From Dehalococcoidia bacterium (GTDB taxonomy: Bacteria > Chloroflexota > Dehalococcoidia > Lucifugimonadales > Australimonadaceae): a DNA stretch of 64,000 nucleotides. Numbering within the stretch: position 1 is the first letter of the stretch; each line of letters starts with the position of its first letter. Below, in pieces: positions 8,966 to 18,578 of the stretch. The stretch spans positions 1,406,368-1,470,367 of the forward strand of contig OZ252088.1 of the NCBI GenBank assembly GCA_965248065.1. Direction: 5' to 3'. The position numbers and the translations under genes are program-made. The notes beneath the pieces were generated by a model that did not search any database, was not told the origin of the DNA, and worked only from the letters and a program-made list of their open reading frames with translations.

Positions 8966-10387
8966 TCAACGAGTTGCTCCGCGCGTGGGGAGGCCCCACC
9001 GCGACAGCGCACCTGGAATCGCTGCAACGTCATCGAGGTCTTCGAGCCGGTCGATGAGATCAACCACCGATTCGAGCGCCGAATGCGAGAGTGGCAAGGG
9101 GGCATGAGACGCACAGTCCATGAACTTATCGATGAGTTGCTCACGGCTCAACGGCCTCTTCGGGTGCCCAAGGGGCACGTCGACGCGCTTCGCCACCGTG
9201 ACGCCTGAGCCAAGAACGACCTCCACAATGCCCGCGTGCGGCGACAGCGAGGGGTCGAGTTCGTGGCTGCCTTTCGCCGCTATCTTCAGCGCTTCCGGCT
9301 GGCCGAGGCCCCCCGGTGTGAAGTCGGACAGCGTCACGGCGCCGTTGGCCAACGCTTTGGCCGTGCCAAAGAAGATGCTGTTGGCCGCCGAGGCTGCACT
9401 ACTGGGACGGCGGCGCTCCTCCACCGGCTCGAACCAGTTTCTGGAGCTGGGGTGGCCGGTGAGCCTGAGCTCGACGATAGCCTCGGGGTCGATGCCGTCG
9501 TCGTTGCGGAGCTGGAGACCGGCCTCGATGAACGCGTGGATTAGCCCGCTCGTCGGCCAGGGTTTGAACGATGAATCGAGCGTGTAGTACGTCGTCCCCA
9601 GCCCCTCGGTGATGATGGAGGCGTCGTACACGCCGTCGTAGAACATGGCGAAGAAACCTGCTTCGCCTTCGAGTGCATCGCAGCGCGCGCCGAGGCCTTC
9701 CTGAGCGAGAAGCGCCGCCAGCACGCCTCCTTGATTGGGGAAGGCTGCGTAGATTCCCTTGGCGGGAGGGTCGCCGTAGACCACCACCTGCCGGCTTCCT
9801 GACGCCTGCATCAGCATGAGCCCAAGGGCGCTGTCGAGCTGGTCGACCGAAAGCTCGAGCACCCGGCCCGCGCTAAGCGTGGCGCCCAGATAGCTGAGGA
9901 GCTGACCCTCCAGGAAGCGGCCCTTCGTGTTCACCCCCGCGCGGAGCAGGGCTATCACGGACCGCATCTCGACCTCGACTCCGGCCACGAGGGCGTTGAT
10001 GAACTCCTTCCCGCTGACCCCTCCCCGGCGTTCGGCGACTGCGAGAGGCGCCGTGAGCGCGAATGCTCCCGGGTGTCCTCCCTCCGCGCCGATGGCGTCG
10101 TAGTTCAGCGCGTGCACCATCGCGCCGTTGGCGAGGCCCGCCATCACAGCGGACACCTTCTCGCCGTACCCTAATACCGTGCTCTCCGGTCGCCCCCCAG
10201 AGCTAATGACGACTGCCGCCGTCTCAGGTCCCCCGTCGCCGAGTGTCCCGCCGGCAAGCGCGGCGCCTAGCGAGTCCAGCGTCAGCCTCTTCGCTACCTC
10301 GATTACGTCGTCCGGAAGGTCACTGTAGCGGCTGGCGGCGACGTACTCGCAGACGGTGCGCGTGAGTCCGGGTGTGCTGGCGGTCAT
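8966..10387 (-). CDS. MmgE/PrpD family protein (2-methylcitrate dehydratase-like)
   Basis: Start trimmed to the ATG at 10387, which has a GGAGGAGGC RBS. The track ORF 8966..11218 runs on in frame through the upstream gene. N-terminus MTASTPGLTRTVCEYVAASRYSDLPDDVIEVAKRLTLDSLG is typical of PrpD/MmgE. Confidence 0.8.
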   Translation of the reverse strand: MTASTPGLTRTVCEYVAASRYSDLPDDVIEVAKRLTLDSLGAALAGGTLGDGGPETAAVVISSGGRPESTVLGYGEKVSAVMAGLANGAMVHALNYDAIGAEGGHPGAFALTAPLAVAERRGGVSGKEFINALVAGVEVEMRSVIALLRAGVNTKGRFLEGQLLSYLGATLSAGRVLELSVDQLDSALGLMLMQASGSRQVVVYGDPPAKGIYAAFPNQGGVLAALLAQEGLGARCDALEGEAGFFAMFYDGVYDASIITEGLGTTYYTLDSSFKPWPTSGLIHAFIEAGLQLRNDDGIDPEAIVELRLTGHPSSRNWFEPVEERRRPSSAASAANSIFFGTAKALANGAVTLSDFTPGGLGQPEALKIAAKGSHELDPSLSPHAGIVEVVLGSGVTVAKRVDVPLGHPKRPLSREQLIDKFMDCASHAPLPLSHSALESVVDLIDRLEDLDDVAAIPGALSRWGLPTRGATR

Positions 10388-10428
10388 GTTGCCTCCTCCA
10401 GGTCGGTAAACCGGGAGCCGTTGCCGCG

Positions 10429-11187
10429 TTAGTTCGGAGCTTGAAAGTCCGGGACGCCTTCTGCGATAGCTGAGGTCCAGCTGTCGAGGTTGGTTACCCA
10501 ACCGTAGCGTCGCTTGATGGCGAACAGCGCTTGCTCGTGGGTCTCGGGAACGATTCCCCCACAGCAGTCCTCGATGAGGATTGGAAAATACTCGTGAAAG
10601 TATGCGTCCCTGGCGGTGGCTTCCACGCAGGTGGGCGTACCGATGCCGGTGATGAAGAGGTGCCGCACTCCGAGGCGCTTCAGCACCAGGTCGAAATCCG
10701 TCCGCTGGAAGGCGCTGTAGAGGTTCTTCGCGATGACGTACTCGCCTTCCAGTGGAGTCAGATCCTCGATAATCTCCCCGCCCCAAGTGCCGTCGATGCC
10801 CACGGCGCGCTCCATTGACGGTTCGCTCAGGTCTGCTCGATAGGCGGCGCTTTTCCAGTACCAAGGCGAGTCGGCGCCGGCCCGCATCAAAGGGTCGGCG
10901 GGCAGGACCATACGGGTGAACAGGGCTGGCATGCCCGCTGCGCGGCCGTACGCCAGGGCGCGCTGGATCGGCTCGATGACACGCTTGCCGTGCTCCGTGT
11001 CCACACCCGTGAGGTCGAAGAACCCGCCCGGTTTGATGTCGTAGTTCTGCATGTCGATCACACACAGCGCGCTCTTCGACACATCGAAGCTGATCGGTTC
11101 GGGCTCGGCTCTGAGGTTCAGTTGCATCATGCACCCGCTGTCGGCAATCTCTCTCGGACGGTATAGCCGCCGCTCTGAGAATGTCAA
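10429..11187 (-). CDS. isochorismatase-family cysteine hydrolase
   Basis: CVIDMQN motif and catalytic-Cys context GIGTPTCVEATARDA. 4-nt ATGA overlap with the upstream LLM gene. Confidence 0.8.
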   Translation of the reverse strand: MTFSERRLYRPREIADSGCMMQLNLRAEPEPISFDVSKSALCVIDMQNYDIKPGGFFDLTGVDTEHGKRVIEPIQRALAYGRAAGMPALFTRMVLPADPLMRAGADSPWYWKSAAYRADLSEPSMERAVGIDGTWGGEIIEDLTPLEGEYVIAKNLYSAFQRTDFDLVLKRLGVRHLFITGIGTPTCVEATARDAYFHEYFPILIEDCCGGIVPETHEQALFAIKRRYGWVTNLDSWTSAIAEGVPDFQAPN

Positions 11188-12158
11188 TCGTCCGGACGTA
11201 GAACGTCCTGTCCGGCAAGGGCGCGCAGCGCGGAGCTGAAAATCTCGATAGCTCGAAGCGGGTCTTCGCCGGCGAACTGTACGCGCGCGATGAAATGGCG
11301 CGTCTTCGTTTGTTCCGCCAAGGAGAGGACCTTCGCAGCCGCCTCCTCAGGAACGCCCGGTATGACTATAGCGTCAACCAGATGGCGTAATTGCGCCGAC
11401 GACAGGTCGGACACTTTGGAGACGTCTGAGAGCGATGGCGCCCGTTCCCTCAAGACTCTGGAGAACACCCTGTTGCGACTCAGCAAGTTGGAGAGGGCAT
11501 ACCCGGCGGCGCTTTCGTACGCCTGTGCTTCGGACTCCGCCATGAACACCGGTAATCCGAGCGCGACAGCCACCCTGTTTGAATGTCGCCCCGCGTTGCG
11601 AGTCCCTGCTTCCACATGGTTCACCGCTGCCGCCACTACTTCTGGATCGACGCCGACCATGGCGTAAACGCCGTCGGCTACGGCCCCCGCGGCCTCCAGC
11701 ATCCTGGGGCTGCTGGCGTTGACGTAAACAGGCACGCGCGCCGACGCAAACTCGGTGGCTAAGGTCCGGAGAATCGTCTCCACAGCCCTCGTCATCTGGA
11801 GCGCCGTGGCTTGGGGTTCCCCCACGTACTGGACGGCCGCCTGCCCGCTGCCAACTACTAGGCGGGCCCGGCCTGGCGCAAGCTCCCCGAGAGTCGCCCC
11901 AAGAGTCGCCAGCATCTTGGGATTGCGTGACACCGGGTTCGTCACCGATGGAAAGAGAGTCACCCGGGCTGTCCGCTGGGCGGCGAGCGCGAGCCTCACG
12001 AACACATCCCTGCCGGTGTGGGGGTGGTCGGGCATCCCCACACCGGCGAAACCCAGCTCCTCGGCCCTTACTGCAAATCGGGACGATTCAGAAAGAGGCA
12101 GATTCGTTGGGTCGTTGACATCGATGCGCAGCCCTGGGTTCGTTGCGGGATAGGACAT
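11184..12158 (-). CDS. LLM-class (luciferase-like) flavin/F420-dependent oxidoreductase
   Basis: N-terminal EELGFAGVGMPDHPH and overall TIM-barrel LLM composition. Confidence 0.8.
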   Translation of the reverse strand: MSYPATNPGLRIDVNDPTNLPLSESSRFAVRAEELGFAGVGMPDHPHTGRDVFVRLALAAQRTARVTLFPSVTNPVSRNPKMLATLGATLGELAPGRARLVVGSGQAAVQYVGEPQATALQMTRAVETILRTLATEFASARVPVYVNASSPRMLEAAGAVADGVYAMVGVDPEVVAAAVNHVEAGTRNAGRHSNRVAVALGLPVFMAESEAQAYESAAGYALSNLLSRNRVFSRVLRERAPSLSDVSKVSDLSSAQLRHLVDAIVIPGVPEEAAAKVLSLAEQTKTRHFIARVQFAGEDPLRAIEIFSSALRALAGQDVLRPDD

Positions 12159-12441
12159 CGAGGACGCCTCTTGAAGAATCTATGATAGGCAAATCGCTCC
12201 TGCCATATTACCGGCAATCTCATGGCGCCCACCACCGGCAACGCGGATGGGACTGCCGATTGCCACTCTCGACCTAATCAAGAAGCTTCGCGCCCCTCAG
12301 GTTTGTTCTGTGGGTGGGAGGGAGCCGACGCCTGGCCGCGATGGGCGAGCGGTCCAACAAGGGGTCGTAGCGCGTCTTCACGGGCACATACGCAGCGGCT
12401 ATCGGCCCGGACCTCGCCATCTTGGAGCGCTACCGAGTTCG

Positions 12442-12807
12442 TTAGGCCTCCCCACGGCTGGGCCCGACCCTCACGTCCCTGATGTTTGGGTCGCTGCCGG
12501 CTACGTGAAGAATCTGCAAGGGTTCCGTTCCTGAGCTCTCGAACCAGTACTTGAAGCCATGGGGCATCAGGATTCCCTGGTGCACTCCCAGCTCCGCCAG
12601 CAAGACGTCGCCCTCGCCGTAGAACTTCACGGCGCCTTGCATGACCATGAAGAACCCGTCGCTTACCGTATGGCTGTGCAGCCGGTTCTCCCCGCCTTCC
12701 TTCACGAGCTGCATGTCTGCCGCCAATCGGTCCGTCTTGCAAAGGACTGTGAGGTTCTTCGCTCGGTCGTTATCGGGACGTTGGTAACTGAACTGTTGTA
12801 GTTCCAT
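12442..12807 (-). CDS. cupin-domain protein
   Basis: Start trimmed to the ATG at 12807 (MELQQF), which has a GGAGGCGGAAGGGG RBS. Cupin motif GGENRLHSHTVSDGFFMVMQGAVKFY. Confidence 0.7.
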   Translation of the reverse strand: MELQQFSYQRPDNDRAKNLTVLCKTDRLAADMQLVKEGGENRLHSHTVSDGFFMVMQGAVKFYGEGDVLLAELGVHQGILMPHGFKYWFESSGTEPLQILHVAGSDPNIRDVRVGPSRGEA

Positions 12808-13088
12808 TCCCCTTCCGCCTCCCTTTACCGCCTGTAGCCTCCCTTTACTGCCGGTGGGATGAATCCCGCGCCCCACTCCCTCATTTCCGCTGATTGTAGC
12901 GTAGGACCCAGGGCGACAAGTAAGAGATTCTGGCTCATGCGAGAGGCCGGCGAATCAGGGGCGCCGGGCCGAGGTCCATGTCGCATCTGTGACATTTGCC
13001 CGTTGCGCGAACGAACCCCCATTCCCTACCCTGTCTCCCATGGCCCAACAGACCCGCCCCCTCGCCCCTCCGATGCCCGCGAGCCGCC

Positions 13089-13159
13089 TGTCGCAAAGTG
13101 TCGCATTTGTGTCGCAAAGTGTCGCATTTGCTGTCGCAGAGTGTCGCATTACTGTCGCG
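13089..13159. repeat. array of seven TGTCGCA(/G) heptamers spaced 10-12 bp; three copies of a unit of about 21 bp
   Basis: Heptamers start at 13089, 13099, 13110, 13120, 13132, 13142 and 13153. Unit TGTCGCAAAGTGTCGCATTTG occurs twice, then CTGTCGCAGAGTGTCGCATTAC. Solitary copy at 12979-12985. Confidence 0.8.
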
Positions 13160-13371
13160 AAACGGAGCTGTACTGTCGGACCCGAAACGCGCGCTCAGGA
13201 GTGAAATAGCATGGAAAACCAGGAAAAAGCGACAGTTTCGAGAAAAACCGCGCTCACAGCGAAGGGCCTGCGGCGCTACGGGCGGGTAGGGCGGGCGCGC
13301 CGATTCCTAGGGCCTCCGCCTGCGCGGGAATGTGCGGAAGGGGGTATGCAGGGTTCCGCATACGCCGAAGC

Positions 13372-13516
13372 GTAACTGTTCAGTGTTGATGAGTTTAGGT
13401 TCGTGGTGAGCCTGTCGAACCACGCCGCCCGCCACCCCCCTCCGGTCCCCCTCCTTACCAAGGAGGGGCTAGGGGTGGTTCCGCTGGCATTCGCCTCACC
13501 AAGCCTGAACAGTTAC
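13372..13516. mobile_element. 145-bp MITE derived from the IS66-family element at 19682-21105
   Basis: Terminal inverted repeats GTAACTGTTCAG...CTGAACAGTTAC. Left end GTAACTGTTCAGTGTTGATGAG matches the IS66 right end GTAACTGTTCAGAGTTGATGAG. Flanking 8-mers GCCGAAGC and GCTGAAGC match at 7 of 8 positions. Confidence 0.65.
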
Positions 13517-13585
13517 GCTGAAGCGGGGTAAGTGCAGCCGAAGCCCTCCGGCATGTATCGTAGGCAGGCCTAGAAGCGTCCGGAT

Positions 13586-13888
13586 TTGCCGGAAGACGGC
13601 GCCTACGGCAACGTTGGCCGCGACCTGGACGAGTTCTTCGGCGGGAGCTATGAGACCGATTTGGCCAACCCTGACTTCGTCAAGTTCGCCGAGTCGTTCG
13701 GCGCGGTCGGCATGAGAGCGGAGAACCCCATGGACCTGGAGAGATTGCTGCCCCTGGCGCTGGAGACCCAGGCGCCGGTGATCATCGACGTGCCTGTCGG
13801 ACACATACCGCTGCCGCGCGCCAAGATGTTGGCGCACTTGCCTTCCGTCCCTTGGGCCGTGCCCCAAGAAGGACTGATTGGGTCCTGA
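13586..13888 (+). pseudogene. C-terminal remnant of a TPP-dependent enzyme (acetolactate synthase-like large subunit)
   Basis: Translation ...GAYGNVGRD...NPDFVKFAESFGAVGMRAENPMDLERLLPLALETQAPVIIDVPV matches only the last ~100 aa of ALS-like enzymes. An in-frame stop lies at 13571. The MITE is immediately upstream. Confidence 0.65.
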
Positions 13889-14023
13889 CCGCGGCGATTC
13901 GCGCTGAAACCTTCCGTTGACTGACCTCGAACCGTCTTCCGTTAAGCGGCACGCGGCGGCAGGGAAGGGTAGGATAGCCGCCACGGCGCCTATAACCTTG
14001 GAAACCACCCGGGGTAGCCCAGC

Positions 14024-15689
14024 ATGAGCTACGACCTCCGAACGTTCCGCGGCGACCTCTTTGGCGGCGTCACGTCGGCAGTCGTGGGGCTGCCCGTGGC
14101 CCTGGCCTTCGGCGTGGCGTCGGGTCTCCGGGCGATTGCCGGCGTCTACGGGGCGATCGCGGTGGGCTTCTTCGCGGCGGTGTTCGGCGGCACCCGGTCG
14201 CAGATATCCGGCCCCACAGGGCCGATGGCCGTGGCCATGGCGGTCATCGTCACGAGCCACACGGCCAGCCTCGCCGAGGCGTTCACCATAAGTCGTCATG
14301 GCCGGCCTGATTCAGATTCTGCTGGGCGTTCTGAGGATCGGCCGGTTCGTGGCCTACACGCCGTACTCGGTGATTTCCGGGTTCATGTCCGGCATCGGCG
14401 TCATCATCATCTTGCTGCAGACGCTGCCCTTCCTGGGGCTCCCGGCGCAGAGGGCGGCCCGATGGGGACGGTCCGCGCCTGGCCGAGCGGATCAGGGATA
14501 TCAACCTCAGCGCGTTCGCCATCGCCGCCGTCACGCTCTTGGTCGGGGTGCTCTGGCCCAACCGGCTCAAGAAGTTCCTGCCTCCTACTCTGGCGGCGTT
14601 GATTGCCGGAACGCTCCTGGGAGTCCTGTGGCTGACCAACACGCCCGTCATCGGCGACGTCCCTACTGGCCTGCCGAGGCCGCAGGCGTTGGACCTGTCC
14701 CCGGACGTGCTGGCGCGCGCCCTGCAGCCGGCGTTGATCATCGCGCTGCTCGGCTCCATCGACAGCCTGCTTACCTCCCTGATAGCCGACTCGATGACCC
14801 GCACGCGCCACAATCCGGACCGTGAGCTGGCGGGGCAGGGCATCGGGAACGCGATTGTGGGGCTCATCGGCGGCCTGCCCGGCGCGGGGGCCACTCTGGG
14901 CACGGTGGTCAACATACGCGCCGGCGGACGGTCGCGCGTCTCGGGAGTGTTGCGCGCGGCGATCCTGCTGGCGCTGGGCCTAGGGAAGTACGTCGAGGCG
15001 ATTCCCCACGCGGTCCTCGCCGGCATCCTGATGAAAGTAGGCTGGGACATCATAGATTGGCGCTTTATCACCCGGATTCGCCGCGTTCAGCGGGAGCACC
15101 TCTTGGTGATGCTCATCACGCTCATACTCACGGTGTTCCTCGACCTGGTCACCGTCGTGGCGATAGGGCTGATCGCCGCGGGCATGGCCCACGCGCGGCA
15201 GTTCGAGCGGTTGGAGCTGGACAGCGTGGTCTCCGTGCCCCTGCTGGACAGGGGCTTCCTCGTGGATCAGGAGAACGAGAACGAGGTGGACCTTTCTCCG
15301 CGCGCGTCGGCCTGGTGGCGCTCAGGGGCAGCTTTTCCGTCGCGTCCGCCAACAAGATGATCAACACGATCAGCGTGGACATCAGAGACCACGAGGTTGT
15401 GATTCTCGACTTTTCCGACACCGTCTACTTGGACGACAGCGCCGCCCTCGTCGTGGAGCAGATGATCGATGTCGCCATAGACGAGGATACGGAGTGCATC
15501 GTGATGGGTCTCGAGGGCCTGCCTGCGACCACGCTGCAGGCGCTCAACGTTCTGCGCCGTGTTCCCTCCGACCACTTTGTCTTGAATCGGGACGGCGCAA
15601 GAGAGGTCGCGAAGCGGATACTCGCAGAGCGGGAGCCGCGCGGTTTAGCGCCGGAGCTGGTCGGCTTGGCGGCGGCTGTATCGCTCTAG
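14024..15689 (+). pseudogene. SulP-family anion permease with C-terminal STAS domain, disrupted by about four frameshifts
   Basis: SulP-like sequence is spread over the track ORFs 14024.., 14298.., 14539.. and 15057... Frame changes occur near 14290, 14445, 14480 and 15297. STAS tail is VALRGSFSVASANKMINTISVD... Confidence 0.75.
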
Positions 15690-15792
15690 GCGGTGCGCTG
15701 CCGCTCGCGCTGGGTGCGTCCGGCGTTGACGGTCTGCCCGGCGCCCCATAGGATGCGCGCGCCGTGTGCTCCCGCGCGCGTTCGGAGGCTGA

Positions 15793-16680
15793 ATGGAGAT
15801 AGGGATCGCTTTTCCCAAGTTGATGCCCGCCGGCAAGGGGGACCGCATCGTGGAGTGGGCGGTCCGGGCCGAGAAGGGCCCTTTTTCGTCCCTGGCACAG
15901 ATCGACCGTCTCGTGTACGGGAACCATGACGTGCTGATCGCCATGGCCGCAGCCGCGGCTGTGACGGAGCGCATCAGGCTGATGACGACGGTGCTCATCG
16001 CGCCTCTGCGCAGCGCGGCGGTGGTGGCCAAGCAGGCGGCCAGCATCGACTCCATCTCGGGTGGGCGGTTCGTCCTCGGGCTTGGCGTGGGCTCGCGGCC
16101 CGACGATTTTACGGCGACCGGCGCCGAGATGAAGGGGCGGGGCAGAGCGTTCGAAGGCCAGATTGCGGAGATGAAGCGCATCTGGGCGGGCGCCGGGCCC
16201 AAAGACGGCGTTGGCCCCATCGGGCCGCCGCCCTCCAGGGCGAGCGGGCCGGAGCTGCTAATCGGCGGACGCTCGGAGGCGGCGCTCAAACGCTCGGGCA
16301 GACTCGGCGACGGCTATATCGCGGGAAGCGCGGGGAGCGCCCCGTCCAATCAGGCCCAAGAAGTAATGAGCTACTTCCGAGTTGTGGAGGCGGCCTGGAG
16401 AGAGGCGGCCAAGCCCGGCCGGCCGCGCCTCGTCGCGGGCCTCACCTGCGCTTGGGGGGCCTATGCAGCCGACCGGACGACGGAGTCCATCAGGTCGTAC
16501 TACGCCTTCCGCGGCGAGGCGGCGAGGACGATGGAGATCAACGTGCCGTCGACGAAGAGAGCGCTCCGCGAGGCGGTGCGCGCGTACGAAGAGATCGGCT
16601 GCGACGAGCTCGTCTTGGAGCCGGGACACGCGGACTTGGAGCAGATTGACAGACTCGCAGATTTCGTCGCGAGCCTGTAG
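15793..16680 (+). CDS. LLM-class F420-dependent oxidoreductase
   Basis: ERIRLMTTVLIAPLRSAAVVAKQAASIDSISGGRFVLGLGVG is a typical LLM core. Confidence 0.8.
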   Translation: MEIGIAFPKLMPAGKGDRIVEWAVRAEKGPFSSLAQIDRLVYGNHDVLIAMAAAAAVTERIRLMTTVLIAPLRSAAVVAKQAASIDSISGGRFVLGLGVGSRPDDFTATGAEMKGRGRAFEGQIAEMKRIWAGAGPKDGVGPIGPPPSRASGPELLIGGRSEAALKRSGRLGDGYIAGSAGSAPSNQAQEVMSYFRVVEAAWREAAKPGRPRLVAGLTCAWGAYAADRTTESIRSYYAFRGEAARTMEINVPSTKRALREAVRAYEEIGCDELVLEPGHADLEQIDRLADFVASL

Positions 16681-16708
16681 GAACAGACGAAGTGAGGAGG
16701 TGGAATCC

Positions 16709-17671
16709 TTGGGCTATCGGCTCAACAGTGACTCTACCGGAGTCACCCTTCATAGAGAGAGTTGCACATTCGCCGGCCACGCGCTGGAACCGAAGTGGAC
16801 GAGGTTCGCCACCCAAGACGAAGCACGCGCCTCAACTGAGTGGGAGGTCCGCAAGTGCGAGATCTGCCTGCCTCGGCCGGCGGAGCATCGCTTAGCGAGC
16901 GGCCAGACGGTCTGGATTTCGCGCCCGGAGTCGGATGCCCCGCGCCCCGCTGTCATGTGGCTCCACGAGCGTTATGGCGTCGTTCAGCACCCCTTGGATA
17001 TGGCCGAGCGGCTCGCCGAGGCGGGCTACGTCGGCGTCTGTCCGGACCTCTTCCACCGCTACGACGGCGACCTCGACGCGCTGCACAGAGGCGAGGCGCG
17101 GATGACGATTCGCGATGATGAGGCCGTCGCCGACTTGGACGAGGTGATTGCGTTTCTCAGGAGCGAGTCCTACGTGCAAGGCGACCGGATCGGCATCATC
17201 GGCGTGTGCCAAACGGGTCGCCAGCCGATGCTGTACGCGGCGCGCCGCAGCGACGCGGCGGCGGTGGTCGCTCTCTACGGGGGCGCGGACCGCGCTGATT
17301 GGGCGCCGACGGATGCGATGCCGGTGCCGTCCAGCGAGCTGGCCGCAAACCTGGACTGCCCGGTGCTCGGGCTGTTCGGGGAAGCCGACCACACCATTTC
17401 GGTGGACGCGGTCCTCGCGCTGCGCGCTGCGTTCGAGAAGGCGAACAAGAGCTACCGGATACGGCTCTATCGGGACGCGCCCCACGGCTGGTTCAACGAC
17501 ACCATGCCCGGCCGGTATCGCCCGGAGCAGACGGCGGCCGCTTGGAGCGAGATGCTCGCGTTCTTCGAGGAGGCGTTCGGTGCCGGATGGGACCGGAATC
17601 GCGTCGTCTGGGACTTCGCGAGCGATGTCTCAGTCGAGTACGACTACGCAAAGAATGTCAGATTAGAGTGA
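16709..17671 (+). CDS. dienelactone hydrolase family protein with ~55-aa Cys-containing N-terminal extension
   Basis: Proposed TTG start at 16709, 8 nt after a GAGGAGG RBS. The track ORF from 16382 overlaps the upstream gene. DLH nucleophile context IGIIGVCQTG. The extension contains C..GH and CEIC. Confidence 0.7.
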   Translation: MGYRLNSDSTGVTLHRESCTFAGHALEPKWTRFATQDEARASTEWEVRKCEICLPRPAEHRLASGQTVWISRPESDAPRPAVMWLHERYGVVQHPLDMAERLAEAGYVGVCPDLFHRYDGDLDALHRGEARMTIRDDEAVADLDEVIAFLRSESYVQGDRIGIIGVCQTGRQPMLYAARRSDAAAVVALYGGADRADWAPTDAMPVPSSELAANLDCPVLGLFGEADHTISVDAVLALRAAFEKANKSYRIRLYRDAPHGWFNDTMPGRYRPEQTAAAWSEMLAFFEEAFGAGWDRNRVVWDFASDVSVEYDYAKNVRLE

Positions 17672-17694
17672 CCGAGCAAGGAGGAGAGGGAGAA

Positions 17695-18405
17695 ATGGCG
17701 ACCAACCCACTGATCGGCGGGCCTGAGCCCACGGGCGCGGACATCCAGATTGAGGCGGAAGGGGCGCAGATCGCGGCCTACGAGTCGCGGCCCGCATCCG
17801 GCGGGAGCGCAGCTGCCGTCATCGTGATTCACGAGAATCGAGGTCTGGTGCCCTACCTGCGGGACGTTGCGGACGGACTCGCGAGCAACGGCTACATCGC
17901 TGTTGCGCCCGACCTGCTGTCGCGGGACGGCGGGACGGCGAGCATCGAGGATATTCCCGCGAAGCTGAGCGAGATTCCCCGTGAGCGCCACGTGAGCGAC
18001 GTGCAAGCGGTGATAGCGCACCTCAAGGCGCAGCCCGACGTTACGAGCATCGGCATCATCGGCTTCTGCTTCGGCGGCGGCGTCACCTGGCGCATTGCCA
18101 CGGAGAGCGCGGACATCGCGGCGGCTGTGCCCTTCTACGGGACGAACCCGCCCCTAGACCAGGTCCCGAACATCGCTGGCGCCGTCTACGCGGTCTACGG
18201 CGAGAACGACGAGCGCATCAACGCGGGCATCCCGGACATCACCAAGGCATTGGAGGACGCGGGAACGACGTGCGGCATGAAGGTCTACTCCAACGCCGCG
18301 CACGCGTTCCACAACCACACGAACCCCGACCGCTACGCCCCCGAGGCTGCGGAAGCCGCCTGGGCCGACGCTCTCGCCTGGTTCAACAAGCACCTAGCCG
18401 GCTGA
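17695..18405 (+). CDS. dienelactone hydrolase family protein
   Basis: ATG at 17695 with a GGAGGAGAGGGAG RBS. VIVIHENRGL and IGIIGFCFGG motifs. Confidence 0.85.
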   Translation: MATNPLIGGPEPTGADIQIEAEGAQIAAYESRPASGGSAAAVIVIHENRGLVPYLRDVADGLASNGYIAVAPDLLSRDGGTASIEDIPAKLSEIPRERHVSDVQAVIAHLKAQPDVTSIGIIGFCFGGGVTWRIATESADIAAAVPFYGTNPPLDQVPNIAGAVYAVYGENDERINAGIPDITKALEDAGTTCGMKVYSNAAHAFHNHTNPDRYAPEAAEAAWADALAWFNKHLAG

Positions 18406-18578
18406 CCGCCGCCCTGTCATTCGGCAAGCGCCTCGCGGCGAACCCCTCCTCCGTCTGCGTCTGCGGGGGGAACGTCGGGATGGCAAGCCCGCGGGAGATA
18501 CGCTGGCCTCCTCCCCCGTCTGCAGGGAAGGATTGAGGAGGAGGCCGTCCGCGGGGGAGGACCGAGGAAGTGGCCGCA

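Noticed and set aside
8966-11218. 750-aa ORF that appears to fuse a PrpD-like protein to a long N-terminal extension.
   Set aside because: The upstream 277 codons are an Arg-rich read-through overlapping the isochorismatase gene in another frame. A good RBS plus ATG at 10387 gives a normal-length PrpD/MmgE protein.
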